A DNA stretch of 64,000 bases from Balanoglossus misakiensis (Eukaryota; Animalia; Hemichordata). The stretch spans positions 10,757,337 through 10,821,336 of the forward strand of contig CM082586.2 of NCBI GenBank assembly GCA_040954595.2. The letters are read 5' to 3'. A model generated the notes under the pieces. The model saw nothing but the letters and a program-made list of their open reading frames with translations. It ran no database searches and was not told the origin of the DNA. This document shows positions 41,901 through 55,156 of the stretch, one piece after another (positions within the stretch are counted from its first letter, which is position 1; the number at the start of each line of letters is the position of its first letter). The translations under genes were made by a program, and so were the position numbers.

Positions 41901-44900
41901 TCACAATTTCGTCGATTTTTGAAAAAAATCATGGGTGAAAATCATCAAAAAATTACAAATTTTCGACTTTGCAAAATCTCAACATTTCGTCGATTTTTGA
42001 AAAAAATCATGGGTGAAAATCATCAAAAAATGACAAATTTTCGACTTTGCAAAATCTCACAATTTCGTCGATTTTTGAAAAAAATCATGGGTGAAAATCA
42101 TCAAAAAATTACAAATTTTCGACTTTGCAAAATCTCAACATTTCGTCGATTTTTGAAAAAAATCATGGGTGAAAATCATCAAAAAATGACAAATTTTCGA
42201 CTTTGCAAAATCTCAAAATTTCGTCAATTTTTGAAAAAATCATGGGTGAAAATCATCAAAAAATGACAAATTTTCGTCTTTGCAAAATCTCAAAATTTCG
42301 TCGGTTTTTGAAAAATAATATGGTTGAAAATCATCAAAAAATGACAAAATTATCGACTTTGCAAAATCTCACAATTTCGTCGATTTTTGAAAAAAAATCA
42401 TGGGTGAAAATCATCAAAAAATTACAAATTTTCGACTTTGCAAAATCTCAACATTTCGTCGATTTTTGAAAAAAATCATGGGTGAAAATCATCAAAAAAT
42501 GACAAATTTTCGACTTTGCAAAATCTCAAAATTTCGTCCATTTTAAAAAAAAAACATGGGGGAAAATCATCAAAAAATGAGAATATTTTCGACTTTGCAA
42601 AATCTCAAAATTTCGTCGATTTTGAAAAAAATCATAGGTTCGTCGATTTAAAAAAAAAACATGGGTGAAAATCATCAAAAAATGACAAATTTTCGACTTT
42701 GCAAAATCTCACAATTTCGTCGATTTTTGAAAAAAATCATGGGAGAAAATCATCAAAAAATGACAAATTTTCGACTTTGCAAAATCTCAACATTTCGTCG
42801 ATTTTTGAAAAAAATCATGGGTGAAAATCATCAAAAAATGACAAATTTTCGACTTTGCAAAATCTCAAAATTTCGTCGATTTTTGAAAAAAAATCATGGG
42901 TGTAAATCATCAAAAAATGACAAATTTTCGTCTTTGCAAAATCTCAAAATTTCGTCCATTTTTGAATAAAAATCATGGGTGAAAATCATCAAAAAATGAC
43001 AAATTTTCGACTTTGCAAAATCTAAAAATTACGTCGATTTTTGAAAAAAATCATGGGTGTAAATCATCAAAAAATGACAAATTTTCGTCTTTGCAAAATC
43101 TCAAAATTTCGTCCATTTTTGAATAAAAATCATGGGTGTAAATCATCAAAAAATGACAAATTTTCGACTTTGCAAAATCTAAAAATTTCGTCGAATTTTT
43201 GAAAAAAATCATGGTTGAAAATCATCAAAAAATGACAAAATTTTCGACTTTGTAAAATCACAAAATTTCGTCGATTTTGAAAAAAATCATGGGTGTAAAT
43301 CATCAAAAAATGACAAATTTTCGTCTTTGCAAAATCTCAAAATTTCGTCCATTTTTGAATAAAAATCATGGGTGAAAATCATCAAAAAATGACAAATTTT
43401 CGTCTTTGCAAAATCTCAAAATTTCGTCGATTTTTGAAAAAAAATCATGGGTGTAAATCATCAAAAAATGACAAATTTTCGTCTTTGCAAAATCTCAAAA
43501 TTTCGTCCATTTTTGAATAAAAATCATGGGTGAAAATCATCAAAAAATGACAAATTTTCGACTTTGCAAAATCTAAAAATTTCGTCGATTTTTGAAAAAA
43601 ATCATGGGTGTAAATCATCAAAAAATGACAAATTTTCGTCTTTGCAAAATCTCAAAATTTCGTCCATTTTTGAATAAAAATCATGGGTGTAAATCATCAA
43701 AAAATGACAAATTTTCGACTTTGCAAAATCTAAAAATTTCGTCGATTTTTGAAAAAAATCATGGTTGAAAATCATCAAAAAATGACAAAATTTTCGACTT
43801 TGTAAAATCACAAAATTTCGTCGATTTTGAAAAAAATCATAGGTTCGTCGATTTCTAAAAAAAAACATTGGTGAAAATCATCAAAAAATGACAAATTTTC
43901 GACTTTGCAAAATCTCAAAATTTCGTCGATTTTTGAAAAAAATCATGGGTGAAAATCATCAAAAAATGACAAATTTTCGACTTCGCAAAATCTCAAAATT
44001 TCGTCAATTTTTGAAAAAATCAGGGGTAAAAATCATCAAAAAATGACAAATTTTCGTCTTTGCTAAATCTCAAAATTTCGTCGGTTTTTGAAAAATAATA
44101 TGGGTGAAAATCATCAAAAAATGACAAATTTTCGACTTTGCAAAATCTCAACATTTCGTCGATTTTTGAAAAAAATCATGGGTGAAAATCATCAAAAAAT
44201 GACAAATTTTCGACTTTGCAAAATCTCAAAATTTCGTCCATTTTAAAAAAAAAACATGGGGGAAAATCATCAAAAAATGAGAAAATTTTCGACTTTGCAA
44301 AATCTCAAAATTTCGTCGATTTTGAAAAAAATCATAGGTTCGTCGATTTAAAAAAAAAAACATGGGTGAAAATCATCAAAAAATGACAAATTTTCGACTT
44401 TGCAAAATCTCACAATTTCGTCGATTTTTGAAAAAAATCATGGGAGAAAATCATCAAAAAATGACAAATTTTCGACTTTGCAAAATCTCAACATTTCGTC
44501 GATTTTTGAAAAAAATCATGGGTGAAAATCATCAAAAAATGACAAATTTTCGACTTTGCAAAATCTCACAATTTCGTCGATTTTTGAAAAAAATCATGGG
44601 TGAAAATCATCAAAAAATTACAAATTTTCGACTTTGCAAAATCTCAACATTTCGTCAATTTTTGAAAAAATCATGGGTGAAAATCATCAAAAAATGACAA
44701 ATTTTCGTCTTTGCAAAATCTCAAAATTTCGTCGGTTTTTGAAAAATAATATGGTTGAAAATCATCAAAAAATGACAAAATTATCGACTTTGCAAAATCT
44801 CACAATTTCGTCGATTTTTGAAAAAAAATCATGGGTGAAAATCATCAAAAAATGACAAATTTTCGACTTTGCAAAATCTCAAAATTTCGTCCATTTTAAA

Positions 44901-47900
44901 AAAAAAACATGGGGGAAAATCATCAAAAAATGAGAAAATTTTCGACTTTGCAAAATCTCAAAATTTCGTCGATTTTGAAAAAAATCATAGGTTCGTCGAT
45001 TTAAAAAAAAAACATGGGTGAAAATCATCAAAAAATGACAAATTTTCGACTTTGCAAAATCTCACAATTTCGTCGATTTTTGAAAAAAATCATGGGAGAA
45101 AATCATCAAAAAATGACAAATTTTCGACTTTGCAAAATCTCAACATTTCGTCGATTTTTGAAAAAAATCATGGGTGAAAATCATCAAAAAATGACAAATT
45201 TTCGACTTTGCAAAATCTCAAAATTTCGTCGATTTTTGAAAAAAAATCATGGGTGTAAATCATCAAAAAATGACAAATTTTCGTCTTTGCAAAATCTCAA
45301 AATTTCGTCCATTTTTGAATAAAAATCATGGGTGAAAATCATCAAAAAATGACACATTTTCGACTTTGCAAAATCTAAAAATTTCGTCGATTTTTGAAAA
45401 AAATCATGGTTGAAAATCATCAAAAAATGACAAAATTTTCGACTTTGTAAAATCACAAAATTTCGTCGATTTTGAAAAAAATCATAGGTTCGTCGATTTC
45501 TAAAAAAAAACATGGGTGAAAATCATCAAAAAATGACAAATTTTCGACTTTGCAAAATCTCAAAATTTCGTCGATTTTTGAAAAAAATCATGGGTGAAAA
45601 TCATCAAAAAATGACAAATTTTCGACTTCGCAAAATCTCAAAATTTCGTCAATTTTTGAAAAAATCAGGGGTAAAAATCATCAAAAAATGACAAATTTTC
45701 GTCTTTGCTAAATCTCAAAATTTCGTCGGTTTTTGAAAAATAATATGGGTGAAAATCATCAAAAAATGACAAATTTTCGACTTTGCAAAATCTCAACATT
45801 TCGTCGATTTTTGAAAAAAATCATGGGTGAAAATCATCAAAAAATGACAAATTTTCGACTTTGCAAAATCTCAAAATTTCGTCCATTTTAAAAAAAAAAC
45901 ATTGGGGAAAATCATCAAAAAATGAGAAAATTTTCGACTTTGCAAAATCTCAAAATTTCGTCGATTTTGAAAAAAATCATAGGTTCGTCGATTTAAAAAA
46001 AAAAACATGGGTGAAAATCATCAAAAAATGACAAATTTTCGACTTTGCAAAATCTCAACATTTCGTCGATTTTTGAAAAAAATCATGGGTGAAAATCATC
46101 AAAAAATGACAAATTATCGACTTTGCAAAATCTCACAATTTCGTAGATTTTTGAAAAAAATCATGGGTGAAAATCATCAAAAAATTACAAATTTTCGACT
46201 TTGCAAAATCTCAATATTTCGTCGATTTTTTAAAAAAATCATGGGTGAAAATCATCAAAAAATGACAAATTTTCGACTTTGCAAAATCTCAAAATTTCGT
46301 CAATTTTTGAAAAAAATCATGGGTGAAAATCATCAAAAAATGACAAATTTTCGACTTTGCAAAATCTCAAAATTTCGTCAATTTTTGAAAAAAATCATGG
46401 GTGAAAATCATCAAAAAATGACAAATTTTCGACTTTGCAAAATCTCAACATTTCATCGATTTTTGAAAAAAAATCATGGTTGAAAATCATCAAAAAATGA
46501 CAAATTTTCGTCTTTGCAAAATCTCAAAATTTCGTCCATTTTTGAATAAAAATCATGGGTGAAAATCATCAAAAAATGACATATTTTCGACTTTGCAAAA
46601 TCTAAAAATTTCGTCGATTTTTGAAAAAAATCATGGGTGATAATCATCAAAAAATGACAAATTATCGACTTTGCAAAATCTCAAAATTTCGTCGATTTTG
46701 AAAAAAACCATTGGGGGAAAATCATCAAAAAATGACAAATTATCGACTTTGCAAAATCTCAAAATTTCGTCCATTTTAAAAAAAAAACATGGGGGAAAAT
46801 CATCAAAAAATGACAAATTTTCGACTTTGCAAAATCTCAACATTTCATCGATTTTTGAAAAAAATCATGGGTGAAAATCATCAAAAAATGACAAATTTTC
46901 GTCTATGCAAAATCTCAAAATTTCGTCGGTTTTTGAAAAATAATATGGTTGAAAATCATCAAAAAATGACAAAATTATCGACTTTGCAAAATCTCACAAT
47001 TTCGTCGATTTTTGAAAAAAAATCATGGGTGAAAATCATCAAAAAATTACAAATTTTCGACTTTGCAAAATCTCAACATTTCGTCGATTTTTGAAAAAAA
47101 TCATGGGTGAAAATCATCAAAAAATGACAAATTTTCGACTTTGCAAAATCTCAAAATTTCGTCCATTTTAAAAAAAAAACATGGGGGAAAATCATCAAAA
47201 AATGAGAAAATTTTCGACTTTGCAAAATCTCAAAATTTCGTCGATTTTGAAAAAAAACATTGGGGGAAAATCATCAAAAAATGACAAATTATCGACTTTG
47301 CAAAATCTCACAATTTCGTCGATTTTTGAAAAAAATCATGGGTGAAAATCATCAAAAAATTACAAATTTTCGACTTTGCAAAATCTCAACATTTCGTCGA
47401 TTTTTGAAAAAAATCATGGGTGAAAATCATCAAAAAATTACAAATTTTCGACTTTGCAAAATCTCAACATTTCGTCGATTTTTGAAAAAAATCATGGGTG
47501 AAAATCATCAAAAAATGACAAATTTTCGACTTTGCAAAATCTCAAAATTTCGTCAATTTTTGAAAAAATCATGGGTGAAAATCATCAAAAAATGACAAAT
47601 TTTCGTCTATGCAAAATCTCAAAATTTCGTCGGTTTTTGAAAAATAATATGGTTGAAAATCATCAAAAAATGACAAAATTATCGACTTTGCAAAATCTCA
47701 ACATTTAGTCGATTTTTGAAAAAAATCATGGGTGAAAATCATCAAAAAATGACAAATTTTCGACTTTGCAAAATCTCAAAATTTCGTCGATTTTGAAAAA
47801 AATCATAGGTTCGTCGATTTAAAAAAAAAAAACATGGGTGAAAATCATCAAAAAATGACAAATTTTCGACTTTGCAAAATCTCACAATTTCGTCGATTTT

Positions 47901-50900
47901 TGAAAAAAATCATGGGAGAAAATCATCAAAAAATGACAAATTTTCGACTTTGCAAAATCTCAACATTTCGTCGATTTTTGAAAAAAATCATGGGTGAAAA
48001 TCATCAAAAAATGACAAATTTTCGACTTTGCAAAATCTCAACATTTCGTCGATTTTTGAAAAAAATCATGGGTGAAAATCATCAAAAAATGACAAATTTT
48101 CGACTTTGCAAAATCTCAAAATTTCGTCGATTTTGAAAAAAATCATAGGTTCGTCGTTTTTTTTAAAAAAAAACATGGGTGAAAATCATCAAAAAATGAC
48201 AAATTTTTGACTTTGCAAAATCTCACAATTTCGTCGATTTTTGAAAAAAATCATGGGTGAAAATCATCAAAAAATGACAAATTTTCGACTTTGCAAAATC
48301 TCAAAATTTCGTCCATTTTAAAAAAAAAACATGGGGGAAAATCATCAAAAAATGACAAATTTTCGACTTTGCAAAATCTCAAAATTTCGTCGATTTTGAA
48401 AAAAACCATTGGGGGAAAATCATCAAAAAATGACAAATTTTCGACTTTGCAAATCTCAAAATTTCGTCAATTTTTGAAAAAATCATGGGTGAAAATCATC
48501 AAAAAATGACAAATTTTCGTCTATGCAAAATCTCAAAATTTCGTCGGTTTTTGAAAAATAATATGGTTGAAAATCATCAAAAAATGACAAAATTATCGAC
48601 TTTGCAAAATCTCAACATTTCGTCGATTTTTGAAAAAAATCATGGGTGAAAATCATCAAAAAATGACAAATTTTCGACTTTGCAAAATCTCAAAATTTCG
48701 TCGATTTTGAAAAAAATCATAGGTTCGTCGATTTAAAAAAAAAAAACATGGGTGAAAATCATCAAAAAATGACAAATTTTCGACTTTGCAAAATCTCACA
48801 ATTTCGTCGATTTTTGAAAAAAATCATGGGAGAAAATCATCAAAAAATGACAAATTTTCGACTTTGCAAAATCTCAACATTTCGTCGATTTTTGAAAAAA
48901 ATCATGGGTGAAAATCATCAAAAAATGACAAATTTTCGACTTTGCAAAATCTCAACATTTCGTCGATTTTTGAAAAAAATCATGGGTGAAAATCATCAAA
49001 AAATGACAAATTTTCGACTTTGCAAAATCTCAAAATTTCGTCGATTTTGAAAAAAATCATAGGTTCGTCGTTTTTTTAAAAAAAAAACATGGGTGAAAAT
49101 CATCAAAAAATGACAAATTTTTGACTTTGCAAAATCTCACAATTTCGTCGATTTTTGAAAAAAATCATGGGTGAAAATCATCAAAAAATGACAAATTTTC
49201 GACTTTGCAAAATCTCAAAATTTCGTCCATTTTAAAAAAAAAACATGGGGGAAAATCATCAAAAAATGACAAATTTTCGACTTTGCAAAATCTCAAAATT
49301 TCGTCGATTTTGAAAAAAACCATTGGGGGAAAATCATCAAAAAATGACAAATTTTCGACTTTGCAAAATCTCAAAATTTCGTCGATTTTGAAAAAAAACC
49401 ATTGGGGGAAAATCATCAAAAAATTACAAATTTTCGACTTTGCAAAATCTCAACATTTCGTCGATTTTTGAAAAAAATCATGGGTGAAAATAATCAAAAA
49501 ATGACAAATTTTCGACTTTGCAAAATCTCAAAATTTCGTCGATTTTGAAAAAAATCATAGGTTCGTCGATTTTAAAAAAAAAACATGGGTGAAAATCATC
49601 AAAAAATGACAAATTTTCGACTTTGCAAAATCTCACAATTTTGTCGATTTTTGAAAAAAATCATGGGAGAAAATCATCAAAAAATGACAAATTTTCGACT
49701 TTGCAAAATCTCAAAATTTCGTCGATTTTGAAAAAAATCATAGGTTCGTCGATTTAAAAAAAAAAAACATGGGTGAAAATCATCAAAAAATTACAAATTT
49801 TCGACTTTGCAAAATCTCACAATTTCGTCGATTTTTGAAAAAAATCATGGGAGAAAATCATCAAAAAATGACAAATTTTCGACTTTGCAAAATCTCAACA
49901 TTTCGTCGATTTTTGAAAAAAATCATGGGTGAAAATCATCAAAAAATGACAAATTTTCGACTTTGCAAAATCTCAAAATTTCGTCCATTTTGAAAAAAAT
50001 CATAGGTTCGTCGTTTTTTTTAAAAAAAACATGGGTGAAAATCATCAAAAAATGACAAATTTTTGACTTTGCAAAATCTCACAATTTCGTCGATTTTTGA
50101 AAAAAATCATGGGTGAAAATCATCAAAAAATGACAAATTTTCGACTTTGCAAAATCTCAAAATTTCGTCCATTTTAAAAAAAAAACATGGGGGAAAATCA
50201 TCAAAAAATGACAAATTTTCGACTTTGCAAAACTCAAAATTTCGTCGATTTTGAAAAAAACCATTGGGGGAAAATCATCAAAAAATGACAAATTTTCGAC
50301 TTTGCAAAATCTCAAAATTTCGTCGATTTTGAAAAAAAACCATTGGGGGAAAATCATCAAAAAATTACAAATTTTCGACTTTGCAAAATCTCAACATTTC
50401 GTCGATTTTTGAAAAAAATCATGGGTGAAAATCATCAAAAAATGACAAATTTTCGACTTTGCAAAATCTCAAAATTTCGTCGATTTTGAAAAAAATCATA
50501 GGTTCGTCGATTTAAAAAAAAAAACATGGGTGAAAATCATCAAAAAATGACAAATTTTCGACTTTGCAAAATCTCACAATTTCGTCGATTTTTGAAAAAA
50601 ATCATGGGAGAAAATCATCAAAAAATGACAAATTTTCGACTTTGCAAAATCTCAACATTTCGTCGATTTTTGAAAAAAATCATGGGTGAAAATCATCAAA
50701 AAATGACAAATTTTCGACTTTGCAAAATCTCAACATTTCGTCGATTTTTGAAAAAAATCATGGGTGAAAATCATCAAAAAATGACAAATTTTCGACTTTG
50801 CAAAATCTCAAAATTTCGTCGATTTTGAAAAAAATCATAGGTTCGTCGTTTTTTTAAAAAAAAAACATGGGTGAAAATCATCAAAAAATGACAAATTTTT

Positions 50901-53063
50901 GACTTTGCAAAATCTCACAATTTCGTCGATTTTTGAAAAATATCATGGGTGAAAATCATCAAAAAATGACAAATTTTCGACTTTGCAAAATCTCAAAATT
51001 TCGTCCATTTTAAAAAAAAAACATGGGGGAAAATCATCAAAAAATGACAAATTTTCGACTTTGCAAAATCTCAAAATTTCGTCGATTTTGAAAAAAACCA
51101 TTGGGGGAAAATCATCAAAAAATGACAAATTTTCGACTTTGCAAAATCTCAAAATTTCGTCGATTTTGAAAAAAAACCATTGGGGGAAAATCATCAAAAA
51201 ATTACAAATTTTCGACTTTGCAAAATCTCAACATTTCGTCGATTTTGAAAAAAAACCATTGGGGGAAAATCATCAAAAAATTACAAATTTTCGACTTTGC
51301 AAAATCTCAACATTTCGTCGATTTTTGAAAAAAATCATGGGTGAAAATAATCAAAAAATGACAAATTTTCGACTTTGCAAAATCTCAAAATTTCGTCGAT
51401 TTTGAAAAAAATCATAGGTTCGTCGATTTTAAAAAAAAAACATGGGTGAAAATCATCAAAAAATGACAAATTTTCGACTTTGCAAAATCTCACAATTTTG
51501 TCGATTTTTGAAAAAAATCATGGGAGAAAATCATCAAAAAATGACAAATTTTCGACTTTGCAAAATCTCAAAATTTCGTCGATTTTGAAAAAAATCATAG
51601 GTTCGTCGATTTAAAAAAAAAAAACATGGGTGAAAATCATCAAAAAATGACAAATTTTCGACTTTGCAAAATCTCACAATTTCGTCGATTTTTGAAAAAA
51701 ATCATGGGAGAAAATCATCAAAAAATGACAAATTTTCGACTTTGCAAAATCTCAACATTTCGTCGATTTTTGAAAAAAATCATGGGTGAAAATCATCAAA
51801 AAATGACAAATTTTCGACTTTGCAAAATCTCAACATTTCGTCGATTTTTGAAAAAAATCATGGGTGAAAATCATCAAAAAATGACAAATTTTCGACTTTG
51901 CAAAATCTCAAAATTTCGTCGATTTTGAAAAAAATCATAGGTTCGTCGTTTTTTTTTAAAAAAAACATGGGTGAAAATCATCAAAAAATGACAAATTTTT
52001 GACTTTGCAAAATCTCACAATTTCGTCGATTTTTGAAAAAAAATCATGGGTGAAAATCATCAAAAAATGACAAATTTTCGACTTTGCAAAATCTCAAAAT
52101 TTCGTCCATTTTAAAAAAAAAACATGGGGGAAAATCATCAAAAAATGACAAATTTTCGACTTTGCAAAATCTCAAAATTTCGTCGATTTTGAAAAAAACC
52201 ATTGGGGGAAAATCATCAAAAAATGACAAATTTTCGACTTTGCAAAATCTCAAAATTTCGTCGATTTTGAAAAAAAACCATTGGGGGAAAATCATCAAAA
52301 AATTACAAATTTTCGACTTTGCAAAATCTCAACATTTCGTCGATTTTTGAAAAAAATCATGGGTGAAAATCATCAAAAAATGACAAATTTTCGACTTTGC
52401 AAAATCTCAAAATTTCGTCGATTTTGAAAAAAATCATAGGTTCGTCGATTTAAAAAAAAAAACATGGGTGAAAATCATCAAAAAATGACAAATTTTCGAC
52501 TTTGCAAAATCTCACAATTTTGTCGATTTTTGAAAAAAATCATGGGAGAAAATCATCAAAAAATGACAAATTTTCGACTTTGCAAAATCTCAACATTTCG
52601 TCGATTTTTGAAAAAAATCATGGGTGAAAATCATCAAAAAATGACAAATTTTCGACTGTGCAAAATCTCAAAATTTCGTCGATTTTTGAAAAAAAATCAT
52701 GGTTGAAAATCATCAAAAAATGACAAAATTTTCGACTTTGCAAAATCACACAATTTCGTCGATTTTGAAAAAAATCATAGGTTCGTCGATTTTTAAAAAA
52801 AAAACATGGGTGAAAATCATCAAAAAATGACAAATTTTCGACTTTGCAAAATCTTAAAATTTCGTCGATTTTTGAAAAAAAATCATGGGTGAAAATCATC
52901 AAAAAATGACACATTTTCGACTTTGCAAAATCTAAAAATTTCGTCGATTTTTGAAAAAAAATCATGGATAAAAATCATCAAAAAATGACAAATTTTCGAC
53001 TTTGCAAAATCTCAAAATTTCGTCGATTTTGAAAAAAAACATTGGGGGAAAATCATCAAAAAA
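5948..53063 (+). repeat. Main 78-bp satellite array with higher-order duplications
   Basis: Uninterrupted tandem ATCATGGGTGAAAATCATCAAAAAATGACAAATTTTCGACTTTGCAAAATCTCAAAATTTCGTCGATTTTTGAAAAAA, interspersed with ~28-bp CATGGGTTCGTYGATTTTTGAAAAAAA units; translates as repeating MGENHQKMTNFRLCKISKFRRFLKKI. Confidence 0.97.
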
Positions 53064-54082
53064 TAGCGTCAAGGACACTGTGGTCCCATTTGAGGACATA
53101 GCTCATAGCAACATAGCAATAAGCATATCTACTCTGGATGCCAAGATATGGAAAAGTAGGTCAAAGGTCACCTGAGGTCATGCAAAATTTGGGCAAGACA
53201 TTTTGACCCTATACTGGTCCATGTTCAACAAAACAAAACCTATAGCCCTATTGGTTAGCCTGGAATTAGGTATGCACATAATTAATGAGATATGCAGGTG
53301 TCACAGGTGACCTTCAATTTTGGCTTTTCAATTTTAGTCCCAACCCTCCAAACGCCAAGTCTGTACCTGCTCTGGATGCCGAGATATAGCAAAGTAGGTC
53401 AAAGGTCACCTGAGGTCACCCAAAATTTGGGCAAGAAATTTTGACCCTATACTGGTCCATGTCCCACAAGAACGAAACCTCTAGCCCTATTAGTTAGCCC
53501 GGAATTAGGTATGCACATAATTAATGTGTTAAGCAGGTGTTACAGGTAAGCCCAAAAATTTGCCTTTTATTTTGGCCCCATTGTGCTCACGGACCAATAG
53601 ACAGTCACTGTACAGGACTATTGCACAGACCAGAATTCCACAATAAGACGTGGACATAGCTTAACCATAGAGGTATAAGTAAAGTTATAAATTTAATAAA
53701 AAGACTAAAAAATTCATAAAAAATAAAACATCCATGATATTAACTTAACACTTACAGGTCGTTGTGAGGTTGACATAAGGTACATGCATACCAATTTTCA
53801 AAGCAATCTGACCAGTAGTTGTTGACTTTCAGAGTTTTGATAAATTTCACATTTTACTGGCTAATTTGCATATTTTTGGGCCTGGCAACTTCGTTTGGAC
53901 AAACTCCCATCTACAGCCCAGCCTGCACCTACACACCAAATATTGAGGTGTTACGCACAGCGGTTTTCAAGTTTTTGATGTGGACGGACATACAGACATA
54001 CATACATCCATACATACATCCATACAGACGCAACCCATCCCATAAGGTCCCATGGTATATAGGCCTATACCAATGGGACCTA
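53064..54082 (-). mobile_element. Helentron/Helitron2-associated non-autonomous element (HINE; DINE-1/pearl-like), copy 1, two 238-bp internal units
   Basis: Inserted in the A6 tract of CATCAAAAAATGAC (T-run on minus strand); terminal 37-nt hairpin AGGTCCCAT-GGTATA-taggcc-TATACC-a-ATGGGACCT (54045-54081); subterminal IR GGTCCCATT (53082-53090) matching AATGGGACC (54072-54080); short hairpin AGCGTC-aag-GACACT (53065-53079); tetranucleotide microsatellite; internal tandem repeats; no coding capacity. Confidence 0.82.
53982..54030. repeat. Tetranucleotide microsatellite (GACG/GACA/TACA/TCCA) of HINE copy 1; same tract at 56552-56600 in copy 2
   Basis: GGACGGACATACAGACATACATACATCCATACATACATCCATACAGACG next to the terminal hairpin, as in DINE-1-like elements. 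Confidence 0.9.
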
Positions 54083-55156
54083 AAAATGACAAATTATCGA
54101 CTTTGCAAAATCTCACAATTTCGTCGATTTTTGAAAAAAATCATGGGTGAAAATCATCAAAAAATGACAAATTTTCGACTTTGCAAAATCTCAACATTTC
54201 GTCGATTTTTGAAAAAAATCATGGGTGAAAATCATCAAAAAATGACAAATTTTCGACTTTGCAAAATCTCAAAATTTCGTCGATTTTGAAAAAAATCATA
54301 GGTTCGTCGATTTAAAAAAAAAACATGGGTGAAAATCATCAAAAAATGACAAATTTTCGACTTTGCAAAATCTCACAATTTCGTCGATTTTTGAAAAAAA
54401 TCATGGGAGAAAATCATCAAAAAATGACAAATTTTCGACTTTGCAAAATCTCAACATTTCGTCGATTTTTGAAAAAAATCATGGGTGAAAATCATCAAAA
54501 AATGACAAATTTTCGACTGTGCAAAATCTCAAAATTTCGTCGATTTTTGAAAAAAAATCATGGTTGAAAATCATCAAAAAATGACAAAATTTTCGACTTT
54601 GCAAAATCACACAATTTCGTCGATTTTGAAAAAAATCATAGGTTCGTCGATTTTTTAAAAAAAAACATGGGTGAAAATCATCAAAAAATGACAAATTTTC
54701 GACTTTGCAAAATCTTAAAATTTCGTCGATTTTTTAAAAAAAATCATGGGTGAAAATCATCAAAAAATGACACATTTTCGACTTTGCAAAATCTTAAAAT
54801 TTCGTCGATTTTTGAGAAAAATCATGGGTGAAAATCATCAAAAAATGACAAATTTTCGACTTTGCAAAATCTCAAAATTTCGTCGATTTTTGAAAAAAAT
54901 CATGGGTGAAAATCATCAAAAAATGACAAATTTTCGACTTTGCAAAATCTCAAAATTTTGTCGATTTTTGAAAAAAATCATAGGTGAAAATCATCAAAAA
55001 ATGACAAATTTTCGACTTCGCAAAATCTCAAAATTTCGTCAATTTTTGAAAAAATCAGGGGTAAAAATCATCAAAAAATGACAAATTTTCGTCTTTGCTA
55101 AATCTCAAAATTTCGTCGGTTTTTGAAAAATAATATGGGTGAAAATCATCAAAAAA
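54083..55156 (+). repeat. 78-bp satellite segment between the two HINE copies
   Basis: Satellite monomers; same succession of variants as 56653-57724. Confidence 0.95.

Noticed and set aside
5948-53063. CRISPR-like array
   Set aside because: No unique spacers; the whole unit repeats, there are no cas genes, and the context is eukaryotic.
53064-54082. Cut-and-paste MITE reading (TAG...CTA ends with AAAA as TSD)
   Set aside because: No true TIRs beyond 3 bp; subterminal IR, hairpins, microsatellite and T-run target fit a Helentron-type element, and the apparent TSD is a homopolymer.
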